Shown here: piece after piece, positions 7,600 through 13,704 of the stretch
Position numbering within the stretch: position 1 is the stretch's first letter
Layout: the number at the start of each line of letters is the position of its first letter
Virus record (IMG/VR): IMGVR_UViG_2740892422_000001
Span: 1-13,704 of that record
Origin: a virus
Lineage: Duplodnaviria > Heunggongvirae > Uroviricota > Caudoviricetes
DNA: 13,704 nt
Direction: 5' to 3' (one strand)
Program-made: the position numbers and the translations under genes
The notes under the pieces: generated by a model
What the model was told of the DNA's origin: nothing
What the model saw: only the letters and a program-made list of their open reading frames with translations
Database searches by the model: none

Positions 7600-8331
7600 A
7601 TGAGTTTAGCGCAGCCAAAATCAGGAGAACTGTTAGATCTTCTGACTCCTTCATTAACTAAGGGTGAAAACCTTCTGAGTGAGTTTGAAATCCATCGAAT
7701 CATTCGTGAAGCGAAGAAACTACCTGAACGTTATCAGGGGCTATCAATTGAAGGCTTAGCTAAGCTTGTTCTTGGTGAAATAGATGAAGGATGTTCACTC
7801 TGTGAGCGGGGGTTGAGAATAGCGCCTAACGATCCAGTTTCTTTTTGTAACTATACGATTGCGCTGCGTAACTTAGGTTTGCATGCTCGCCAGTATGTGA
7901 TGATTCAGAAAGCATCTGATTCACTTAATCCAACGATATTGGCTGAGGTTGCTACAATTTCTGCATACTGGGTTGATATCGATTTGCTTGAAAAGGTGAT
8001 GCCGATGCTAACTGCAATGGAAGTACCGCGCCCTGAAGATATGGGCAAATGGTATGACACGCTCAATTATCTGCATACCCAAAAAGATCATGCTCAGGAG
8101 CTAAAAACTATTGGGCGGCTCATGATGAACGTTGCAGAAAAGTACCGCGCTCGTCTTGCTGGCGCTCATGCTTTTTATGTAATGTCAGAACTTGATACGC
8201 TGTTCGTTGAAGTCAAAACAGACGATCCAGTGCTTCTTTCGCAGATGAATAATGCCTTGGCTGATGAGATTATTATTGCGGGGCTTGCGGATTCAGAATG
8301 CGTCGGATGCTTTGAAGCCGGGGAACTCTAA
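7600..8331 (+). CDS. Hypothetical protein A of the accessory two-gene cassette (243 aa); TPR-like helical repeat signature and two CxxC pairs
   Basis: ORF with AT-richer codon usage than the flanking tail genes. ERGLRIAPNDPVSFCNYTIALRNLGLHARQYVMIQKA fits a TPR-like consensus. CSLC near residue 65 and CVGC near the C-terminus could form a Zn site. No recognisable phage structural family. Confidence 0.7.
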   Translation: MSLAQPKSGELLDLLTPSLTKGENLLSEFEIHRIIREAKKLPERYQGLSIEGLAKLVLGEIDEGCSLCERGLRIAPNDPVSFCNYTIALRNLGLHARQYVMIQKASDSLNPTILAEVATISAYWVDIDLLEKVMPMLTAMEVPRPEDMGKWYDTLNYLHTQKDHAQELKTIGRLMMNVAEKYRARLAGAHAFYVMSELDTLFVEVKTDDPVLLSQMNNALADEIIIAGLADSECVGCFEAGEL

Positions 8332-8759
8332 TGTCGGTTGAGCATACCTGTTTTCTTGAATTGGCTAAGCATTCCCTGGCTCTAAACGGTGAGATGTGGA
8401 CGAGAAATGCTATTAGCCGAGCATACTATGGTATGTACCATTCCGCCTTACGGATCACCAACAATCTGGTACCGACCGCTACACAAGATGGTGAAAAACT
8501 AAAAGGTGGAGTTCACATGCGAGTCTATACGGCCTTTTGTAGTGGTGAGGCAGCTGCACTTAACGATGTTGATGTTAACGCAGTAAAGAAAATCGGCGTT
8601 AAACTGAAAATGACGCATGCCCAACGTGTTAATTCTGATTACAAGCTTGAGCGGAAAATCAACCGGATTACCGCGAGAAGTGTAATTCTGGATGCGGAAG
8701 AGGTCGATGCAATCGTTAATCAATTACTGAAGATTGGTGATGACTCGTTAACTGCATAA
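8331..8759 (+). CDS. Hypothetical protein B of the accessory two-gene cassette (142 aa); small helical protein with an R-x6-H segment (HEPN-like possibility, unverified)
   Basis: ATG overlaps the stop of protein A (TAATG), RBS GGGGAA, so the two are translationally coupled. Segment NAISRAYYGMYHSALRI contains R-x6-H and resembles the first helices of HEPN-type domains, but the canonical motif placement is not confirmed. Followed by a strong terminator. Confidence 0.7.
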   Translation: MSVEHTCFLELAKHSLALNGEMWTRNAISRAYYGMYHSALRITNNLVPTATQDGEKLKGGVHMRVYTAFCSGEAAALNDVDVNAVKKIGVKLKMTHAQRVNSDYKLERKINRITARSVILDAEEVDAIVNQLLKIGDDSLTA

Positions 8760-8779
8760 GCTGAAATTTCTCAAAATTC

Positions 8780-8808
8780 AAACCCGCCACTTGGCGGGTT
8801 TTTTGCTT
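8780..8808 (+). terminator. Rho-independent terminator closing the accessory cassette
   Basis: GC-rich stem aaacccgcc (8780-8788) / ggcgggttt (8793-8801) with a 4-nt loop, followed by tttttgctttc. It lies 21 nt after the protein B stop and immediately before the RBS (GGAG) of the spike gene. Confidence 0.75.
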
Positions 8809-8823
8809 TCTGGAGCCTACTAA

Positions 8824-9576
8824 ATGGCAGTATCTGACCAGACCCGCAGCGGCGACCTTGCCGAAACATTTAAATCTGAACGGGAAACAACAAAGAACCA
8901 GATCCGTGTCGCCTTGCCTGGCATTGTTCAGTCATTCGCTCCTGATGCGGTGACGGCGGTTGTACAGCCTGCTATCCGTTACGTTGAAATTGATAACGAC
9001 GGCAACCGCATTACCAAAAATTACCCATTGCTGGTGGATGTGCCAGTGGTATTCCCGCGTGGCGGAGGCTGTACGCTAACGTTTCCAGTTAAAGCCGGTG
9101 ATGAATGTTTGGTGATTTTTGCCGATCGTTGTATTGATTTCTGGTGGCAGAGTGGCGGGATACAGGAGCCGGTCGATGACAGAATGCATGATTTATCGGA
9201 TGCGTTTTGTATTGTCGGTCCCCAGTCGCAGGCAAGGAAGATTAGCGGTATTAATACCAGTGCCACACAGTTGCGTAGTGATGACGGCAGCACCTATTTT
9301 GAGCTTAATCCTGATACCAGGAAAATTAAAATTGTCGCTCCGGGTGGTCTTGATGTGGTTGCCCCTCTGGCTGATTTTTCTGAGAAAGTAACCATTCATG
9401 GCCTGTTAACCTGGATGGGGGGCATGGTGGGGTCTGTTGTTTCTGGTGTGGCTTCAAAAATCACTGGTGTTGTTGAGTTTTTGGGTAGCGTGAAGGCTAA
9501 CGGCAAGCCAATCGATAATACGCACACTCATGGTGGTGTTCAGCGCGGTGGAAGCAGTACCGACGGGGTAAACTGA
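8824..9576 (+). CDS. Baseplate spike protein (gpV / Mu gp45-like)
   Basis: 250-aa ORF. The C-terminal region contains HTHGG (an HxH motif typical of the metal-binding spike apex of gpV/gp5-type proteins). Position is immediately upstream of gp25/W-like and baseplate J genes. Confidence 0.75.
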   Translation: MAVSDQTRSGDLAETFKSERETTKNQIRVALPGIVQSFAPDAVTAVVQPAIRYVEIDNDGNRITKNYPLLVDVPVVFPRGGGCTLTFPVKAGDECLVIFADRCIDFWWQSGGIQEPVDDRMHDLSDAFCIVGPQSQARKISGINTSATQLRSDDGSTYFELNPDTRKIKIVAPGGLDVVAPLADFSEKVTIHGLLTWMGGMVGSVVSGVASKITGVVEFLGSVKANGKPIDNTHTHGGVQRGGSSTDGVN

Positions 9577-9929
9577 TGCGATACAGACGTGAAGACGCCG
9601 ATGGCGATTACACCTTTGGCAGCGGTGATGACACCTGGCTGATTAACTCACCGGATGCCGTGGCACAGGCGGTAAAAACGCGATTCGAATTGTGGTATGG
9701 GCAATGGTTTCTCGACACCACCGAAGGGACTCCGTGGATCCAGTCCGTACTCGGTAAGCAGAAGCCGGAAACCTACAACCTGGCGATCCGTAAGCGCATC
9801 CTCGAAACGCGGGGCGTTAAATCAATCCTCTCTTTCAATACGACGGTGGATACCACGACCCGACGTGTCATGTTTTCCGCTGAAATCGACACTCTTTATG
9901 GAATAACGACTGTTACATCGGAGGCGTAA
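9576..9929 (+). CDS. Baseplate wedge protein (GPW/gp25-like, Mu gp46-like)
   Basis: 117-aa ORF, start overlapping the spike stop (TGATG). Size and position between the spike and baseplate J genes are typical of the gp25/W family. Confidence 0.65.
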   Translation: MRYRREDADGDYTFGSGDDTWLINSPDAVAQAVKTRFELWYGQWFLDTTEGTPWIQSVLGKQKPETYNLAIRKRILETRGVKSILSFNTTVDTTTRRVMFSAEIDTLYGITTVTSEA

Positions 9930-11128
9930 TGGCTCTGAACCTTGATTCTCTCGGTTTATCTGCAAAGGTAACCGCGGAGGGGATCAGTGCGCCTGATTAT
10001 CAGACGATACTCAGCACCCTGATTAGCTATTTTCAGCAGATTTATGGCAGTGATGCCTACCTCGAACCGGACAGCAAAGACGGCCAGATGGTGGCTCTGA
10101 TGGCGCTGGCGATTCATGATGCCAATAATACTGCGATAACTGTCTACAACTGTTTTTCACCGGCAACCGGCTATGGGGCTGCACTGACCAGTAACGTGAA
10201 AATAAATGGTATTTCACGTAAAGGTGCGACGAACTCTACGGTTGATTTGCTTCTTACAGGAACTGCCGGAACAACCATCATTAATGGCAGCGTGAAAGAC
10301 AGTAATAATGTGATATGGCGTTTGCCTGCTTCAGTGGTGGTCGGCGTGGATGGTACAGTGATGGCGACCGCAACATGTTCTGTCAGTGGTGCAGTGGCGG
10401 CGCTGGATGGAACTATCACTGAAATTAATACGCCAACCCGTGGCTGGGTTTCGGTAACCAATCCTGCTGCGGCTACTGTGGGCACTCCGGCAGAAACTGA
10501 TGCGGAGTTACGTATCCGACAGTCGCAAAGTGTTGCGTTGCCATCAATAACCCCATTTGAAGCACTGGATGGTGCTGTTTCTAATGTTACCGGTGTAACC
10601 CGCCACAAACTCTATGAAAACGATAATGGTTCGGAGGACGGTAACGGGTTACCGCCACACTCTGTTGCTGTAATTGTGGATGGCGGTGATGTGACGGATA
10701 TTGCTCAGGCTATCAGAGGGAATAAAGGCCAGGGGACAGCCACTCACGGTACAACATTCGTTACGGTTCCGGATAAATACGGCAATCCCCATGTAATCAA
10801 ATTCTCGCGTTCCAGTGATGTGCCTGTTTATGCCCGGATTAAATTAAAAGTTTTTACGGGTTATACCTCACAGATAGGGCAGCAGATCCAGCAGGCTATT
10901 TCCGACTATATCAATAGTCTGATGATTGGTGATTCGGTCCTTTTAAGTCGCATTTACTCACCGGCGAATCTTGGCGTGGTGAGTGGCGGGAATGCACGCT
11001 ATTACGATATTCAGGAACTGACGATTGGGAAATCCCCGGGGGCTTTGTCGTCATCAAACATTGATATCAGATACAACGAATCCGCGTCCTGTACCCCGGA
11101 AAATATCGTTATAACGGTGGAGTCATGA
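9929..11128 (+). CDS. Baseplate J-like protein (Mu gp47 / P2 gpJ family)
   Basis: 399-aa ORF, ATG overlapping the upstream stop (TAATG). Size and synteny (after the gp25-like gene, before the gp48-like and tail fiber genes) fit the baseplate J family. The intact length contrasts with the split J remnants I recall in E. coli e14. Confidence 0.8.
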   Translation: MALNLDSLGLSAKVTAEGISAPDYQTILSTLISYFQQIYGSDAYLEPDSKDGQMVALMALAIHDANNTAITVYNCFSPATGYGAALTSNVKINGISRKGATNSTVDLLLTGTAGTTIINGSVKDSNNVIWRLPASVVVGVDGTVMATATCSVSGAVAALDGTITEINTPTRGWVSVTNPAAATVGTPAETDAELRIRQSQSVALPSITPFEALDGAVSNVTGVTRHKLYENDNGSEDGNGLPPHSVAVIVDGGDVTDIAQAIRGNKGQGTATHGTTFVTVPDKYGNPHVIKFSRSSDVPVYARIKLKVFTGYTSQIGQQIQQAISDYINSLMIGDSVLLSRIYSPANLGVVSGGNARYYDIQELTIGKSPGALSSSNIDIRYNESASCTPENIVITVES

Positions 11129-11805
11129 GCAAATACACCGAACTAATCACGAACTACCACGCCACCAAACCTAAATTTCTTGCACATGTTGATCTGATGA
11201 CCCGGCCGCTTATTGATGTTGCGGCTGCCACCAGAGGGCTGATTACTGCATTTGATATTGACTCTGCGGTTGGTGTGCAACTTGACATTCTGGGATTGTG
11301 GATCGGACGTAGCCGTGTTGTCAGCCAGCCTATTTCAGGTGTCTATTTCAGCTGGGATACCGACGGGCTTGGATATGATCAGGGTGTATGGCAGGGGCCA
11401 TACGATCCTGATTCCGGATACATGTACCTCAGCGATGAAACTTATCGTGTCATCCTTAAAGCGAAGATTGCGATTAATAACTGGGACGGACGGAATGATT
11501 CGCTTCCGGCAATTCTTGACGCGGCAACAGCAGGATCCGGACTGCGAATGCAGATAGTCGATAACCAGGACATGACGATATCGGTCTGGGTCTTTCCTGA
11601 TACTGATATTTCAGATGTATCGCGTGAGTTAATTGCGGCAATTAAACAGGGGTATCTCACAGTAAAAGCCGCCGGGGTATGGGCGGGTGGCATTGAAACA
11701 CCTTCGGTGGAAACCCCATCGGAAGGCTCAAAATTTTTTGGTTTTGATATGGATAACGAATTCATCAGTGGTTTTGATGTAGGAGCATGGGGAGTATTAC
11801 TCTGA
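11125..11805 (+). CDS. Baseplate/tail-fiber-proximal protein (Mu gp48-like; the family I recall as DUF2313/YmfQ)
   Basis: 226-aa ORF coupled by ATGA overlap to baseplate J. It occupies the position of Mu gp48 between baseplate J and the tail fiber. Confidence 0.65.
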   Translation: MSKYTELITNYHATKPKFLAHVDLMTRPLIDVAAATRGLITAFDIDSAVGVQLDILGLWIGRSRVVSQPISGVYFSWDTDGLGYDQGVWQGPYDPDSGYMYLSDETYRVILKAKIAINNWDGRNDSLPAILDAATAGSGLRMQIVDNQDMTISVWVFPDTDISDVSRELIAAIKQGYLTVKAAGVWAGGIETPSVETPSEGSKFFGFDMDNEFISGFDVGAWGVLL

Positions 11806-12599
11806 TGGCGAAAAATGACTTTAAAGCGTTTGCAACGGATCGAAATGCCAATGTTATATCGCAGGAGGAATGGGAAGCGTTGCCCGCGCTTTTATCTGGA
11901 TTTACAGCAGGGAAAGCCTCCAGTGCGCAAGTCAATAAGGTTATTCGGCAGGCCAGCTTTATTGCTGCAGCTCTGGCCCAGTTTGTAAGTGACAAAACGC
12001 AACGGGATGTACTTGATAATGGTGATCTGCCCGGTTTTGTTGAATTGCTGGGATCGGGGTTTGCTGTTGAATACCTGAGCCGCAAGAATCCGTTTGGCGA
12101 TATCAAATCGGACGGCACGGTGAAAACGGCTCTCGAAAACCTTGGTTTGGGAGAAGGTGCTCCAGCTATTGGCGTTCCGTTCTTCTGGCCCTCCGCGGCA
12201 ATGCCAAATACTGTAATCGACAGCTGGTCCGGTATGGTGTTTTTGAAGTTCAACGGGGCGAAATTTTCTGCCTCTGATTACCCTGTGCTGGCGAAAGTGT
12301 TTCCTTCGCTGGTATTACCTGAAGCCCGCGGTGATTTCATTCGTATCTGGGATGATGGGCGAGGGGCGGACAGTGGGCGAGCATTATTAAGCTGGCAGGC
12401 AGCAACAGCTTTATCGCAATTTGGCGGTAATTATCCAGAAGGGTCCGGCCATGCGATTGCTGATTACGATGGAATATCAGCACACCAACCAGGTTTCTCT
12501 CGATTTCAGTACACCAGTAACTCAGTAGGAGATGGTGTTAATTTTATTGCCGTCAGACCACGTAACATTGCATTTAACTTTCTGGTGAGGGCTAAATAA
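11805..12599 (+). CDS. Tail fiber protein (constant N-terminal part plus variable C-terminal part)
   Basis: ATG at 11805 overlaps the upstream stop (TGATG) and has GGGGAG ~10 nt upstream; the ORF track's 11787 start lacks RBS spacing. It is followed immediately by a tail fiber assembly gene coupled by TAATG. A hix/gix-like site lies at codons ~109-117. Confidence 0.75.
   Translation: MAKNDFKAFATDRNANVISQEEWEALPALLSGFTAGKASSAQVNKVIRQASFIAAALAQFVSDKTQRDVLDNGDLPGFVELLGSGFAVEYLSRKNPFGDIKSDGTVKTALENLGLGEGAPAIGVPFFWPSAAMPNTVIDSWSGMVFLKFNGAKFSASDYPVLAKVFPSLVLPEARGDFIRIWDDGRGADSGRALLSWQAATALSQFGGNYPEGSGHAIADYDGISAHQPGFSRFQYTSNSVGDGVNFIAVRPRNIAFNFLVRAK
12131..12156. other. Candidate Gin/Hin/Pin-family invertase crossover site inside the tail fiber gene
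   Basis: Sequence ctctcGAAAACCttGGTTTggGAgAA is an imperfect palindrome closely resembling hixL (TTCTTGAAAACCAAGGTTTTTGATAA) and gix as recalled; about 19 of 24 half-site positions match hixL. Its placement inside the fiber gene upstream of the fiber-assembly pair matches Mu G and P1 C segment architecture. Confidence 0.4.
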
Positions 12600-13192
12600 T
12601 GAAACCTGTTTTTGATGAAAATGGACTGGCTACAGTGCCGGGTGATATGCGTTGTTTTTATTATGATGCAGTAACGTATGAATATACGGGCTGGTCTGAT
12701 GAATATATTAATACTGGTGTAAGTATGCCCGCCTGTTCCACTGGTATTGACCCTGGCGAAAACATTCCGGGAAAAGTGGCTGTATTTACAGGTAAGGGAT
12801 GGAGCCATGAAGAGGACCATCGCAATGAGACTGTTTACTCAATCGAAAATGGCGCAGCTGTTACAGTGGATTATATCGGTGCCATCAAAAACGGTTATGT
12901 CACGCTTTCACCGTTAACGCCATATGATAAATGGGATGGTGAGAAATGGGTGACAGATACTGAGGCACAACACAGTGCCGCAGTAGAAGCGGCAGAAGCA
13001 CAGCGCCAGTCACTGATTGATGCAGCAATGGCTTCCATTAGTCTGATTCAGCTGAAATTACAGGCCGGGCGGAAACTGACGCAGGCAGAAACAACCCGGC
13101 TTAACGCTGTGCTGGATTACATTGACGCGGTGACGGCAACAGATACCAGCACCGCGCCGGATGTCATCTGGCCTGAACTGCCGGAGGCGTAG
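12599..13192 (+). CDS. Tail fiber assembly protein (Tfa / Mu U-like)
   Basis: 197-aa ORF. The C-terminus LNAVLDYIDAVTATDTSTAPDVIWPELPEA carries the conserved C-terminal motif of the tail-fiber-assembly family. Start coupled to the tail fiber stop. Confidence 0.8.
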   Translation: MKPVFDENGLATVPGDMRCFYYDAVTYEYTGWSDEYINTGVSMPACSTGIDPGENIPGKVAVFTGKGWSHEEDHRNETVYSIENGAAVTVDYIGAIKNGYVTLSPLTPYDKWDGEKWVTDTEAQHSAAVEAAEAQRQSLIDAAMASISLIQLKLQAGRKLTQAETTRLNAVLDYIDAVTATDTSTAPDVIWPELPEA

Positions 13193-13604
13193 GCCATTCA
13201 ATATCTGGCGCACCGGAAGTATCGACCAGCTCCAGTGCGTCCAGATAATCCAGCCACAAATTATATTGCGCCAGTTCCTCACCTTTCAGGCGACCAATCG
13301 CCGCTTTACCAGGCCATTGTTTACTGTTCATATAATCGTTGGCCTGATTAATCAGTTGCTGCTTTTCCAGTTCGGCTGCAGCAATCTGTTCCTCATGTGT
13401 TGGTGGTGGAATTTCAGACCATGCAGGAAAACCATTTTCTCCAGCGATACGGATTTTTCCTTTCGGCGGTAATCCGGAAAACTCAATATACACCTGCTCA
13501 TCAACTTCGACAGCATCATCTGGCCATGAGTCAGCTTGAATGTAATCCTCTTTCATCTCCAGCGGATAGAAAGAGTTTGTAGTCGCGGAATATATGTAAT
13601 TCAT
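13164..13604 (-). CDS. Alternative tail fiber assembly protein (Tfa', Mu U'-like) on the opposite strand
   Basis: 146-aa - strand ORF whose C-terminus (NLWLDYLDALELVDTSGAPDIEWPTPPAVQAR) carries the same family motif as the + strand Tfa. Its 3' end overlaps the + strand tfa 3' end by 29 bp (convergent). Confidence 0.8.
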   Translation of the reverse strand: MNYIYSATTNSFYPLEMKEDYIQADSWPDDAVEVDEQVYIEFSGLPPKGKIRIAGENGFPAWSEIPPPTHEEQIAAAELEKQQLINQANDYMNSKQWPGKAAIGRLKGEELAQYNLWLDYLDALELVDTSGAPDIEWPTPPAVQAR

Positions 13605-13625
13605 TTTTCAGGTGATGCTGCCAAC

Positions 13626-13704
13626 TTACTGATTTAGTGTATGATGGTGTTTTTGAGGTGCTCCAGTGGCTTCTGTTTCTATCAGCTGTCCCTCCTGTTC
13701 AGCT
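13626..13704 (-). CDS. 3' end of a - strand ORF entering from beyond the window (probable alternative tail fiber variable domain)
   Basis: The - strand frame is open from the window edge to TAA (RC of 13626-13628), encoding ...AEQEGQLIETEATGAPQKHHHTLNQ*, and ends 22 nt upstream of the Tfa' start. Only 25 codons are visible, so identity is inferred from position. Confidence 0.3.
   Translation of the reverse strand, partial: AEQEGQLIETEATGAPQKHHHTLNQ

Noticed and set aside
10171-10608. - strand ORF of 145 aa within the baseplate J gene
   Set aside because: Antisense to a strongly supported CDS, with no start context and no independent intergenic space; shadow ORF.
11765-12253. - strand ORF of 162 aa overlapping the tail fiber gene 5' region
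   Set aside because: Antisense to the tail fiber gene and spans the junction of two coupled + strand genes; the translation is low-complexity and proline/serine-rich. Considered as a possible alternative fiber gene but it lacks the family C-terminal motif.
13161-13472. + strand ORF of 103 aa downstream of tfa
   Set aside because: Lies antisense within the - strand tfa' gene, which carries the conserved family motif; the + strand translation is arginine/cysteine/phenylalanine-rich and atypical.
1-13704. Searched for tRNA genes, integrase, IS elements and attachment-site-like direct repeats
   Set aside because: No cloverleaf-like conserved tRNA features, no recombinase-like ORF and no transposase-like ORF are present in the window; any integration module must lie outside it.

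Overview
Mosaic prophage-like region, almost entirely on the + strand. (1) Positions ~87-1359 match, from my recall of phage lambda, the lambda replication region: the 3' part of cII, the antisense oop RNA with its pO promoter, the complete O gene carrying the ori-lambda iterons, and the first ~32 codons of P. (2) At ~1359 the P reading frame continues in-frame into the C-terminal part of a tail-sheath-like protein, followed by a Mu/e14-type contractile tail module: tube, tail assembly chaperone with an apparent -1 frameshift extension, tape measure, baseplate hub, spike with an HxH motif, gp25/W-like, baseplate J, a Mu gp48-like protein (the family I recall as DUF2313), tail fiber and tail fiber assembly genes. 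(3) The 3' end carries a convergent, overlapping second tail-fiber-assembly gene on the - strand plus the end of another - strand ORF, the layout of a Gin/Pin-type invertible tail-fiber segment; a hix/gix-like sequence lies inside the + strand tail fiber gene. (4) Between the baseplate hub and spike genes sits a ~1.7 kb AT-richer accessory insert: a signal-peptide protein and a translationally coupled two-gene cassette with its own terminator. That cassette is the best candidate for an undescribed accessory (possibly defence or anti-defence) system, but its function cannot be assigned from sequence alone. No tRNA, rRNA, CRISPR array, integrase or IS element was seen. All family assignments rest on reading the translations and on recalled knowledge; no searches were run.
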